From the NCBI RefSeq assembly GCF_009914755.1, contig NC_060944.1: a stretch of 64,000 nt of DNA. The stretch is one strand, 5' to 3'. Below the pieces are notes generated by a model. It did not search any database and was not told where the DNA came from. It saw only the letters and a program-made list of their open reading frames with translations. Shown here piece after piece: positions 27,385 to 40,339 of this stretch (positions are counted from its first letter, which is position 1; each line of letters opens with the position of its first letter). The translations under genes and the position numbers were made by a program. Origin of the DNA: the human T2T-CHM13v2.0 reference genome, Homo sapiens.

Positions 27385-27515
27385 ACACCGTTCTACAAGC
27401 ACCAAGAGGAATGGAACTGTGACTCATTTCTTCATTGCTGTACCCCCAGGGTCTAGTCAGTACCTGGTAAAGAGTAAATACTTGATAAATGTTTGTTGAC
27501 TGAATGAAAGAAATA
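27385..27515 (+). mobile_element. L2 3' end
   Basis: ttcattgctgtacccccagg...cagtacctgg...ataaatgtttgttgactgaatgaa. Confidence 0.7.
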
Positions 27516-28454
27516 AGTAATTAACATGCCGTGTGTATCCTCAGCCTTCCCATTTTCTCAGTGCACACCCCCAAGAGGATGTGTACTTCCATTTGAAAAG
27601 CACTGCTCGATAGGATGCAAATTGAAGCCAAGAATCAGAATTCACAGAGACAAATTAATGAAACAATTTTCTCTTCACTTCTGTGATTTTATTAGCTGAA
27701 TTATGGGTGCGGCTTATTTCATGGATCAAATGACCGAGTCTTCTAAGTCTGTGGGCTCGGTACTCAGCAATTATCCAGTTAATATGATTAATGTCGACAG
27801 TAAAAATGAGCATCAGCTTGGTCACGGGGGTCTCATGTTTCTGAGGCTTGGAAACCACATCGAATCTGCGGAAGAAATGTTCTTTTGAAGGAATTAAGCT
27901 CCGGAGGATACCTTGTTCCTATCCACTGCCTCCATATGTCTTCTGCCCTCTCATTCTTCCTCCTCCTTCTCGGATAACTCAATATTTTTTCAGATCTTCA
28001 TTTCTGGCCATGCTGCATGTATGTATGTTGTCAGTCTGAATTACTTCTAATTTCTCAAGCATCAGAAAGACAATCCTGTTAAAACATGATGGCAAAGCCC
28101 TGACTAGACAGTTGGGTATGATGGCCTATGGTCATGTGGGAGAGGAAAATAATCGCTGATTAAAAATATTATTTTACCTCAGAAATGCTCACTTTTTAAG
28201 GGAAAAGTTGTCTTAAATCCAATACCAAAAATAAAAAAATCAGTGAAGGGCATTTGGGCTACCTTTTGTTGAGCACATCTCAGATGCTACGTACTTAAAA
28301 ACATGAACCTATTGAACCTATTCACCTCTCTGCACCAACCTGAGTAGGAAGGTCCTGCTGTCCTCTGAAGACAGGGCAGGGAGACTCGAAACAGTGAAGC
28401 CTCTTGCTCAATCATAGGTGAACCTTGGCAGAACAAGGGTCCAGTGCCGATCCG

Positions 28455-28753
28455 ACCTAAGGAAACTACCTTTGACAATATTTTCTGTTCTGGTTTAAGA
28501 GAGAATAAGTTTATTAGCAAATATACTTCTTCAATAGTTGATGACTTAAATTTCATTAGGCCTAGCCCTTGTTCTCATACACTGGCAAAAGAGTAAGATC
28601 CCAGAGTGCCATTCAGCTTATGGAATGCTGAAAAAAGCATTTCTACAACATTACTTTTGTATGTTCCCCTATCTAAAATAGTTCAGGTAGGTGTTAAGTA
28701 AATAAATACTATTGTAGTCATGTCTGGACAACACCAAATCCTATTCCTATGCA
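28455..28753 (+). repeat. Local duplication, copy A'
   Basis: Direct copy of 26526-26819, roughly 75-80% identical by eye. Confidence 0.93.
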
Positions 28754-28754
28754 G

Positions 28755-28870
28755 GTTGGATCATCAAAGCAAGGATGTAAAGGATTAAACAGAAGTTGTG
28801 GATACAGAGTGGAAATTTGGTCAGAGACGCAGATAGAGAATTAATCACAATTAATAATTTTAACTTAAAA
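28755..28870 (+). repeat. Local duplication, copy C
   Basis: Collinear with 31054-31171. Shared blocks tcaaagcaaggatg, agaagttgtggataca, tggaaatttgg, gcagataga and aataattttaacttaaaa. Confidence 0.92.
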
Positions 28871-29412
28871 GCTCTGTCTGGAAAATCTGAATTCTTAACC
28901 ACTGTGTTACATTTATTTTGGCTCTGTAGCAGGTCAAAGACAGAACTATCAACTGAGCAACATCTAATGTAAGACTTTTTAAGTCTGGCGCACGCACGTA
29001 CACACGCAGAAAGAATAAGCATATTTCAGTATATGTGGCCGGGTAAAAATGACAATGAATTATTCTTGCAACCAAATTCAATAGTCTGAATAGGACAAAG
29101 TGAAATATTGTCACTTTATACCTCTTGATTATGTTTTAATATCTCCTAATACCACAGCTAATCTTCGGGGTACTAGAATAGCTTGTTGAAATCATGTAAT
29201 TTGAAGGCTTCACCTAGAAATCTTCCATTTGAAATTTGGCCATCAACATATTACTCTATCACCTGGAATGAAACTTTACCAATGGGCTGAGACTCACATT
29301 TATTTTAAATTTCTCTTTACAATGCAAAATATGCTCATGACAGACAGCACATATTGCCATAAATCCCATTTAGATCCCATTTTTTGGAGTGATGACTATA
29401 TAAGAGTTCTAG

Positions 29413-29730
<318 letters not shown>

Positions 29731-30317
29731 TGTCAGGTGGGTTTTTATCATCTGCATTTGCAGAAAGACAAGGGATTTTCCCAAGGCCACACAAATCAGA
29801 TATGGTAGAGCTTGGATATTGGGCACTTTTCTTTAGCTTTTCCCATTGTGAACTTTCATATTCTGTAAGGAAATTTAGAAATGAGTACCCTAACAGAGCC
29901 CTAAGAAAATGGGACACTGAGTAGTGAGTTTTCATAAGACTTATCAATAGAGGACAGGAACAAAAACGTGCTCATGGCAGGGGTACATGTTCCAGCAATA
30001 GTCACAGTGACAACATGAAGATTCCCAAGGGCTAAAGTTAAAGACTAATCCTCATCAGTTCTCAGATTTGCCAAAGAAAGCCCAACTATAAGGATTGGTG
30101 ACAGTTAATATGATTAATGAAGACAGCACACTACATTTAATAAAGTGTTTTGTCAGCAAAGATATCTTCCATTTTGAGCAATTTAATTTCAAGAAGTTCA
30201 TATTCTATTCAGGAGGGGATGCCTAAAATACCTCATCTGAAAAAATAAAGAATTGCATAAAATATTTAAATAGAAAATGTATAGTATGTGCACATGTGGT
30301 ATGAAGAGCTGTATAAC

Positions 30318-30831
30318 TGTTACTTGAAGAAGGCATTCAGTGTGAGTCTTCCAGGTTCTCGGTGTGTTGAACAAAGAATTGAACAAAATGCACAAAGTAA
30401 CAAAAGAATGAAACAGTGAATGTAGGGATTTATTGAAGTGAGAAAGCACTCCACAGGGTAGGAGTAGGCCTGACTCAGTGACTCAAGGGCCTAGTTACAA
30501 AATTTTCTGGGGTTCCGTACCTTTTAGAAGTCTCTTATTTGTTACCACCTATGTGGATGAAGGATTTGACCCATAGCCAACCCGAGGCCAGAATGGATTG
30601 GTGCCTTATGCAAATGAAGGAATGGCCTACGCTTGCCCAGGCCAATCAGGGGCACTTTGCATTTCCCATATGTGACCCAGTGGAAGGGAGGAGGTTGTAA
30701 GGAGAGTAGCCTTTTGATCCTGTGTTATTTGGGTCTGGGAGGTGGGTTCCCCTTTTGATTCAGTTTTAGGAAGTCAGTGCAAATTGGCCTTCGGTAGGTA
30801 CCCTGTCTCCAGACCCTATTCTCCTGCCTCA
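30318..30831 (-). mobile_element. MER51-family ERV1 solo LTR
   Basis: The reverse complement begins TGAGGCAGGAGAATAGGGTCTGGAG and ends TAACA. Confidence 0.85.
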
Positions 30832-31053
30832 ACTGCAAGGTGGGGAAGGGTGAATTGTGGTGTCATCTGCATTGCAGTGATAGCTTGAAATCTGGGATGG
30901 TTGAAAGCCACGAAGGAAGCTGGAGAGATGGCAGCACTTAAAATACCTCAAGTACAGGCATTGGGGAAGCCCTACATTTAGGGCGAAGAGGAGGATTTCC
31001 AGGACACAGACTAGAAGTGGCTAGGCAGGCCAGGGTGAAGCACGAGGATTGAC

Positions 31054-31171
31054 TTGGGTCGTCAAAGCAAGGATGAAAAGGTTTCGGTAGAAGTTGTGGA
31101 TACATTGAGACTGGAAATTTGGCCAGACATGCAGATAGAAAACTAATCACAAGAATAATTTTAACTTAAAA
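31054..31171 (+). repeat. Local duplication, copy C'
   Basis: Direct copy of 28755-28870. Confidence 0.92.
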
Positions 31172-32715
31172 CAAAAATGAAATATCTTTCAACTAATATG
31201 TAAACAGAAAAACTCCATTTCTGCAGGTCTTTCTTTTGAATTTGGAAATGCTCTGATTTCATGTGCCAATTATGTTTCCTAGATCATGCAACCTTGCCAC
31301 AGCCATGTATAGAATATAGAGCAATTGTGTTTTCCCCAAACATGATGAAGAAGCATTTTTACCCATGCAGTGGACTCCTGGTGAACTTCATTATTTTCCC
31401 TTTCTTTTTTCATTGCTACCTTCGCCTGCCTTTTCACAAGCACAGACTTGAACATTTGCTACTCTCTTTATCTCTCCAAAGGCCCTGTTTTATTTCTCAG
31501 TAGCTGCCCCGTTTCTAAGGAGGTGAAGTTCCCTTTCAAAGCTGAACTTCAGACTGCACCTTGACCATTATTACTGCAACTCTCAGCTCCAGGACAGCGT
31601 TTAAGGCAGACTAACCAGAGACCTGCTTCCCCAGCCTGCAATTGAGGAGAAAAAAGCAGACTATAGCAGGAGGAATTTGCGGTGGATTGTATGGTATTGC
31701 TCACATGAAGCTTCTTGGTATTTTTCTTTATATGAGATCAATTTCTACACTTTTCTTCAACTCTTTCCTTCCTGGACTTTTATGAGGTCAAACTACAGAT
31801 AAAGGCAAACTCATAGAGGCAACAAGAAAGGAGATGGACTGTTGGTCTTTATTTTCTTCCTCCTCTTGATAATCTTACCCCTTCTCTTCATTCCTCCTCT
31901 AAAATTTACCCCAAAATTGAGCTTTATGGATGGTAGAGAGTTAGTGATTTATTATTCTCTAGCAAGAGTATTTTTCCTTTCAGATGTGTGTCTTTAGAAG
32001 TCCTATTTTAATGTCCACAGGTACCCCACAGATAGATTGAAAAAGAGGATATCTGCAAAAGCCCAGTTAGCCAATTTCGTGAGTGTGATCAAAGGAGTTC
32101 AAAGGCAAATTCAGGTCTCAAGGAAAGAGATACGGGAAATGAAACAGACCAAAGCCTGTTCTACTCAACCTAGTGGAGGACAGAGGCTTTGAGGATAAGG
32201 GAAGAGGAGGAAGAAACTAAGAAATAAAAGAGGTCAACTCATGATTGAGCTAGAAAAACTACAACTGGAAAAGAGGTTATAGGTGGCAATTTAGGGATTT
32301 CTGAGTAAGACTGGGACTTGAAAATAAGTATCTAGATCTCCCCTCCTGTCTCTTCACTGAAGTTTCTAAAGGCACATTAAGGTGTGGGGAAAACACTTTT
32401 AGAGCTGAGGACTTCAGAAGGAGGTCATCAGCAGGTGAAAGTTTGAGTTTTTCTCATGAAAAATAGAACTAGATTGAAAGAAGGAAGACACAGCAGGGAA
32501 ACTCCACCTCCACTACTCCACCAGCTCTAAGAAACATCTTTAGGATGAAAGCCTAGAGGACCATGTCAAAACCTTATTAACACAACCTAAACCAGAAGAG
32601 AAAGTACTGGAGCTAAAATTGGGCCATTTCCTGTGAACCCTCTGTGAAATTATGACCAAAGAAAGTAGAAGGGAACATCAGCCTTGGGATAAATGTGTTG
32701 CCTGCAGATAAACAG

Positions 32716-33100
32716 TGTAGCAGATCCCATCTGGGGCTCTAATTCTTAACCTCTCTCGACACCCGCACCTTTTGCTAAGTGACATCAGAGCTGTCTTCCC
32801 TTGCCTGCCCCACGGGCAGAGTAAACCCCACTCTACCTCCTGACTTAACAGTGTGGCCATGTGACTTGCCTTGGCCAACAGAACAAGGCAGTGATGCTGA
32901 TGTGCCAGTGCAGGGGTGACACCTTAAGGGACCTTGCATAATGCCATTCACATGGGACAGAACTAACCCAGAACAACCTGCTGATCTTGGCAGAGCAGCC
33001 AACCCCCAAGCTCAAAAGCTAAATACTTGCTTTTTGTTGTATGCTGTTCGAGATTTTTGTGGTTGCTTTTTTCACAGCAATAAGTTATCAATATAATACA
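32716..33100 (+). mobile_element. MLT1 (H/I-like) MaLR LTR
   Basis: TG...CA ends, with ggccatgtgacttgccttggccaa and gagatttttgtggttg...cacagcaata...aataca. Confidence 0.7.
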
Positions 33101-33344
33101 CAAGGGCTTGTCCCTAATCTACCAAAGATCATAGTGGCCTAGACCTGCTATGTGACCATGAAAATAAATGACAAAATGTTTTGAAAACAAGGAGTTCCTG
33201 CAAATGAATGCACCAAAACCATAGAAATCAGATCCAAAGATGGATAAAGGAAACCAGAATGAATGTTGTTCTTCTTGCCCTGGATGGGCAGGTTGACTTA
33301 GTAATGTAAATCAGTGTTGAAGCTATTCACATATTTTCTTTTCT

Positions 33345-33480
33345 GGATTCACTTATTTGACATTAATCCAACAAATATATTTTAATGCATCCACTATGTA
33401 TTAGGCAATAAAGTGCTTTGGAAAAAGTGCGGAGGAGCAGGCAGACACGGTTCTGGCCTTCAGGAAGTTTGATGTCCATC
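33345..33480 (-). mobile_element. L2 3' end
   Basis: caacaaatatattttaatgcatccactatgtattaggca...cagacacggttctggccttcaggaagttt. Confidence 0.6.
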
Positions 33481-33769
33481 AATTCAGGAAGCATGCAAGG
33501 CGTGTTTTGATTTTTTGCCGGTCACTATAAAGGAGAAGATAATGGAGTAACTTGCATACAGTTATGGAGGGCAAATAATATCCCATAAGAATTGCTTACG
33601 GAAACAAGTGTTTTTGAAGACAATAAAGAGTTGTTTGTCAAACAAAAATTAGAAGTGTATAACATTCATATTGTCTTCCTTAGCCCTCCCCACAAAAAAC
33701 TAATATGTATACTGCAACCAACCAATAATAAGAAATTCATAAAACAATTAAAGATTAACATTAAAACTA

Positions 33770-34086
<317 letters not shown>

Positions 34087-34242
34087 GCCATTTAAGCATG
34101 GAGGACAGCCTAAATAATTACTAAATACATAAATGTTTTTAAAATTTTAAATTTACTTTTAAAAATACCAAAAACAATACATAAGAAAACATCCAGAATA
34201 TAAAATTTTAAAATACAAAATCTAATATTAGTAACCCTGTGC

Positions 34243-34452
34243 CAGGTGTTGGAAAACTATGGCCCACAGAACAAACTTGCTCACTGCCTATTTTTATAAA
34301 TCTTTATTGGGACATAGTCATGCTCATCCATTTCATATTGCCCATTGCTGCTTTTACATTATAACCACTGAATTGAATAGTTATAACAGAGACCTTATGG
34401 CCTACACAACCAAAAATATTTGAATTGCTACCAAAATAACTGCTGACCGTCA
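34243..34452 (+). mobile_element. MER58A (hAT-Charlie)
   Basis: caggtgttggaaaactatggccc...tttattgggacatagtcatgctcat...acagagaccttatggcc. Confidence 0.8.
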
Positions 34453-34459
34453 CTCTGTA

Positions 34460-35503
34460 GTGATAAATTTGGAATTCTTAATTAAATGAGTAATATTTTC
34501 AAAAAGTATACATTTCAAAATTTATCCAAGAAAAAATAGTGAAAAAAAAACAAAAGGAAAGCAATGGATGGCAAAATAGTTGTTCCATGAATACATCTCT
34601 AAAGAGCTTTGATGCTAATTTAGTCAAATTTTCAATACTGTACAATCTTCTCTAGAGCAGAGCAAAAGAATAAAAGCACTTCTAGCTAATATTATGTGGC
34701 ATAACTTTGATATCAAAACATAAAGCTTTATATAAAAAGATGCCAAATATCAATCTCATGTACTAATATTGACATAAAAATAAAAGATTAATTCAGTCCA
34801 CTACTATATAAGAAATATGAATTAAAGTTTATGTCAAGAATGTTAAAAAGCCTCCATGTTATCTCTTGAACTAATTGATTGGTTGCTTTCAGTTCCTAAA
34901 ACACATTGAGATGTGGGGAAACCACTTTTATATGGAATCACAAAGATGCTATCATCAGGTGAAAAACTGTGAGGAGTTTCTGCCCGAAAAATTATAGAAA
35001 GAGGCTGGGTGTAGTGGCTCATGCCTGCAATCCCAAAGACTCGGGAGGCTGGGGTGGGAGGATCACTTGAACCTAGGGGTTTGAGGTTGCAGTGAGTTGT
35101 GATCTTGCCACTGAAATCTAGCCAGGGCAAAAGAATGAGACCGTGGTTCTAATTTTTTTTTTAATTAAGAAAATTATAGAACCAGAATGAAATAAGTGAT
35201 TTCCACTTTTTCAGGCAAACTAGGGCTACCATTTTTACCATTACAGCACTTTATTAGGAAGTGGGGAGGGTGGGCAGGGCAATGATGGAGAAAACATATA
35301 ATCTACAGATGAATAAAAGGCATTTGGTAAAATGTAACATCATTATCACTTATAAAATAGTAATAGAGACTTCCTTACGACATCAGACTCAATGTTCAAA
35401 TATTTGAGCATAATCACTGAAGTTAGAAACAAACCCAGTGACCACTGTTACATAGCATTGTTCTGGAAGTACCAGCCAAGGTAGTGAGACAAGACATAAA
35501 ATT
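34460..35503 (+). mobile_element. Ancient L1M ORF2 fragments (interrupted)
   Basis: aaatttggaattc...tttatccaagaaaaaatag, ccaatatcaatctc-like sequence, aaaggcatttggtaaaat and gcattgttctggaagtaccagccaag resemble ORF2. Confidence 0.55.
35003..35168 (+). mobile_element. Alu monomer (FRAM-like)
   Basis: Single ~150-bp arm with right-arm sequence. TSD aaaattatagaa on both sides. Confidence 0.85.
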
Positions 35504-35642
35504 GAGGAATCCTAATCCATTGGCTACTGCTATTGCTGTAATAGACTGATACTCTGCTCTGACCCAGGAGTCTTTTGTCTTCTGACAGTGTCCATGAAAC
35601 TGTGGCAGGCTAACTTACTTCACAGTAGGGTAAAATCTTGAT
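35503..35642 (+). mobile_element. MER34-like ERV1 LTR 3' fragment
   Basis: ctctgacccaggagtc...tccatgaaactgtggcaggctaactt...agtagggtaaaatct. Confidence 0.6.
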
Positions 35643-36146
35643 GAGCTTGGGAAAATGTGTTAATTTCCTTTCAGTGCAGTTTTCCATTTTCTAAAATACA
35701 ACTCATGGAATTTTGAGGGATGTCCTAAGAAAATGTGAGTGGCACATGGTAAGCACAAATGTCCCCATTTTAATATTTTGTATTAATAATTTAATTGGAA
35801 TGAGTAGAATCTTTGTGTTTTAACCACAGAGGATGGTGCTTCTGGTTCTCTGCTTCTCTTCTCTGATCTGGCGTTTTTACTTCTTACATTGTAACCTTCA
35901 GATCCTCTGAACTCAGTCTAAAAGTCTATCAAGTTAACTAGTTATCTTGTTAATCAGCTTTACCAAATAGCCAAAGTCATTATCCCTGTAATTTTTTTGA
36001 GGTATAAAGAATAATGTATTAATTAATTGACAATGAAACTCTGCAAAATGCAGTCTAGTTTTAATAAAATGAAAGAAAACGATACACATGTAAATACCAT
36101 TTATATTTTATCTGTGTTAGCGTATTATCATAAAGGCACTATTTTG

Positions 36147-36213
36147 CTCTCTCTCTCTCTCTGTCTCTCTCTCTTTCTTTCTCTCTGTCTCTCTTTCTCT
36201 TTCTTTCCCTCTC
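36147..36213. repeat. (CT)n-rich microsatellite
   Basis: Directly visible polypyrimidine tract. Confidence 0.9.
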
Positions 36214-37001
36214 CTGAAACAAAACAATCTTATCTTTTGCACATAACATTCTCATGATTTTTTTATTTTTAATACATATATATTTCCATAAACAATATCC
36301 AGTTTTGTTTTGTATTTGCACAGTTCACATAATAGCATCCCTGTAAAGTACCCACTTGTTGTTTTCCTTCTGTTTTATAACAAACGTTATGCTTTACAGA
36401 GTTACCCAGGTTGATTTATGGAGATATGATTCAATTTATCTATAGTAAAGTATTTCATGAATAGACTACAATCTATCCACCTCCCCATCGGGAAGCAAGT
36501 TCTTTCCACAAATACTAATGCCATTTTCCTAATGGAGAAAATTGGACTCAGATACAGGATGGACATTAAATAGTACTAAGAAAATTTCTGCTTTGCACTT
36601 CACACTCAAAGAATGATACAGTCATTTGAATTGACTACAGTGGTTAAGTATGTCTTTTGAGATTTTTCCACAACACACTAAATTTACCTCCTAGTTACTA
36701 TCTCCCCTGGAAGTTAATAGAAGGTCAATTACACTATAACAGTGTAATTGATGGAGGTTGGCAGTATTCAAACATTTTTTCCTTTTTTTTTCTTTTGCAT
36801 GCTAAATTGAATTGTTTCCTTTGCGAGATTTAAAAAGTGATTGAAGCCAGTTTTCTTCCATTCTCCCCCACGTCCTTGTACATATAAAAAAAGAGAGACA
36901 ATTTCTTACAGCCTCAAACACAAGATTTTAAGAAAAGGGAGGCATATGTTGAAGTTTTCTTAGCATTTTATTTATCATGAATATTATCAGTCTGTTTAAA
37001 G

Positions 37002-37245
37002 CAGTGGTTCTCAACTGGGGCAATTTTGCCACCTCCACTCCACACTTCAGAACATTTGTCAATGTCTGGAGATATTTTTCGTTGTCATGACTGGGATGGA
37101 GGTGCTACTGGCATCTGCGGTGGAGAGGCCATAAATGCTCCTAAACATCTTACAATGGACAAGACAGAGACACCTCTACTGCCACCCCCAACACAGAATC
37201 GTCCAGTTCTAAATGGTCGTAGCACTGAAGTTGAGAAACCCCCTG
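37002..37245 (+). mobile_element. MER20 (hAT-Charlie)
   Basis: cagtggttctcaactggggc...gttgagaaaccccctg, with an 8-bp TSD gtttaaa(g/a). Confidence 0.9.
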
Positions 37246-38229
37246 GTTTAAAAAGGCAGAAACCAAAATTACATCCCTCGGCTGCCATCTTTATTCCAGG
37301 AGAACCCTTAGACCAAGGCCTGACCTGAGCCTATGAGGACATAAGCTAAATCATAAGGCAGAGAGAATGTTCTCTCTGTCGCCCTCCTATACATGTCAGT
37401 TACCCCACACAGCCGGTTTTAATTTCTGTCTTTTCTCCCTGTTATGTAATTCCCCAGCTTCCTTTGAAAGCTCCTTCAGCTCCACGTCTGTGTATCCTTT
37501 GGAGGTGGACCTCAGGTGGCTTTGTTTAGCTGAGCAAGTCAACACACTTTTCCCTTTTCTATTATCTATTCCCCTGAGGTTGTCCTCCACAGCTACTGTA
37601 GTATCTCCACGCAGCAGCAGCAGTGGGCTGATTGCAAAGAAGGTGAGCAGGAAACACCCCTGGCTGTTCTGTAAGAATTCAGGGCACTCTGCCCACTGCC
37701 AGCTGGCCAGTGTTCTCAAGTTTAGGTTGGTTCAATTGGAGCTAACTTTCTAAGTAGAAGACACTAGAGCTGGTGGCATTTCTGTAACACTTGACAGCAG
37801 TCCGGAAATACGTGGGGATGTGAATGAAGAACAGGGCAGCACAGCAAGACAGAAAGGTCAATGACTTGTGCTGGGTTCTCCTGCTGACTAGCCACGTGAC
37901 CTTGGGTAAGTCACTTTCAATGAAAAATGACTCACAAAATAGACAGTATGTTCTTAAGCTGCATGCACCCAATAGCAAACCCAGAAAGGGAAAAGCGGAA
38001 GCTCACCTTCCATGAACTTCACAATCTGACATCCTAGAAGCAAGCTGTGTTGATTTCGCTATTCACATAAGTTGGATTTTAATTTTAAATTGCAAAACCT
38101 TTTCAGTGCTTAGGATTTCTAAAAGTCTTAATTGAGCCTTGACTGTGAAGGATGTTAGATTTTCAGACTCCAGACTTCTATCTCCAACTATCTCAGGGTC
38201 CGTATTAATTCTATAGACTGAAGGCTTTT

Positions 38230-39050
38230 GACCCATCCCTTCATTAAACATACAATTCTGAGCACTTATTTTTTATTTTTTGAGACGGAATCTCACTCTG
38301 TCCCCCAGGCTGGAGTGCAGTGGCGCCGTCTCGGCTTACTGCAAGCTCCGCCTCGCAGGTTCACGCCATTCTCCTGCCTCAGCCTTCTGAGTAGCTGGGA
38401 TTACAGGTGCCCGCCACCACGCCCAACTAGTTTTTTGTATTTTTAGTAGAGATGGGGTTTCACCGTGTTAGCCAGGATGTTCTCGATCTCCTGACCTCAT
38501 GATCCGCCAGCCTCGGCCTCCCAAAGTGCTGGGATTACAGGCGTGAGCCACCGCACCTGGCCCTGAGCACTTATTATGCACCAAGCATTGAACTAGATCT
38601 TGGAATTGGCAGAAATGAATGGTACTATGTAGTACAGGACAATCATTTATCAGACATCTATTGAATCCTACTCTATCAGACAATGTATATAGCAGTCAAC
38701 TGAGAAGAGTTCCTGCCTTTAATGATGTCACAGTCCCATATAAAAATAGATGAATACCCATATAAAAATAGATGGATACTGTTAGAGTCACAGAGTATAG
38801 AAGTACAGGGAGGGAGATAATATAACCCATTGAGTGGTGGAGCTTTCTGGAGGAGATGACATCTGAAAAATATAAGCTATGTCAAGGTCTAAAGGAATTC
38901 CGTACTTGCATGTTTGCTTTAGTCCTTTCATTGAATATTTATGGATTATCTACCATGTGATGGGCAACATGAGAAGTTTCCAAAATTAAGAGAACAAATA
39001 GTCGTGGTTCCAAACTTCACAGAACTTATAGCCTACAAGGACTTAGTGAT
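38230..39050 (-). mobile_element. L2 fragments (host of the AluY)
   Basis: ctgagcacttattatgcaccaagcattgaactag, agctttctggaggagatgacatctga and ttcattgaatatttatggattatctaccatgtg. Confidence 0.55.
38271..38562 (-). mobile_element. AluY, full length
   Basis: Diagnostics gcaagctccgcc, ttcacgccattc and accgtgttagccaggatg. 13-bp TSD ctgagcacttatt at 38258-38270 and 38563-38575. Confidence 0.97.
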
Positions 39051-40339
39051 CATGCAATTCAAGGCTCTCACTTAGAAGATGTGAAGTCCAAGCATATAGA
39101 TAATATTCCTTGTAAGTCTTTTTAGTGGCAGTTACCAGAATAGAACCTGAGTCCTGTGGTTTACCATAAAGCATTTTAATACTCTGTTGTATTGAACTCC
39201 ATAGTGGCTTGGATCCTTCAAAAGAGCCGTTCTACTATCTTAAGAATTTGAACTTCTCTGAGAATGGCTGACTCTGCAGCTTTCACAGTTTCTGCTTCTA
39301 GAAACTGTTGCCCTCTTATCTGACTATAAACTTCCAGAAAAGTCATTCTTCTGGGTTATACAAGGATACGTTATTCTGTGGGACACTCTTACGATGCATG
39401 CTCTTTATCAGCTGCTGAGGGAATTTATCAGGTTACATGATTCTAAGAAATGTTGGTCCATGGTCTTCAGTAATTTTCAAGTTTTCAGACTGTTCATTCC
39501 CACAATTTTTTTCAACGTGTCCTTCCTTAGTCACATTCTTCAGTTCCATACCATTTTTTTTTAATTGGGTACTTCTGATCTTCTTTTCTGGTTGTATACT
39601 ATTTATACTCCCTTTGCTGCTTTGGATAATGAGTACTTGCTTCCTTTGCATCCGTTCCTCTTTATCTAAGTACAAGCTCCTTCTCTTCCACTTTCAGCCA
39701 ATTATTTCTGCTGAGGCAAAACTTCTATGTGCAGGGCCAGGGTATTGAAATAGGAGGCCTAAGATGACAAGAGCTAAGTATCAAATTCCTCCTGTCATGG
39801 TTATTATTAAGTGCTTAGAATGCAACCTCAGTTGACCAATTGCAGAGCACTTTAAGACATTTAAATGTGTAATTTAAGAAGAGCATTTATTTTCTGCTGT
39901 ACTTAAACCTGGAATGACAGAAGGCTAGCTCCACCATGAGAGAAAAGAGTAGACCTCTAGGAAGCCACTATGCAGAGTTTAACAAAGAAACCAGGGTAGT
40001 AGCAGTCCGGCCAAGAGTTGGATGGAAGACTAAATCCTGGTGACTTTGGTTGACACCAGGGTACATCCATGTTTAAATAGTTTGCTTGCTACCTCATTTT
40101 CTAATATATAAATTCATTGCTAGTATATAAATACAAATGATTTTTGCATTGTGACCTTGAATCCAGTGGTCACATTTTCCTACCTTTTTGGTGTACCCTG
40201 TAACTTTTTAATGTAAGTTGGAAATTTTGCATAAAGTAACACTAGATACTGAACTAAATATTTATCCTCAGGAAATATGGCCTCTCCTCTGTGTAGTCAT
40301 GAGAATGAGGCCTGTTTTAGTCTGATCTGTTGATGAGCT

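Noticed and set aside
28455-28870. A'C as a spliced retrocopy of A and C'
   Set aside because: There are no convincing GT-AG boundaries at the parental ends on either strand, and no poly(A) tail or TSD.
38735-38778. 22-bp tandem duplication with a MEF2-like ataaaaatag
   Set aside because: It is a small slippage duplication in L2-derived DNA and the motif is imperfect.
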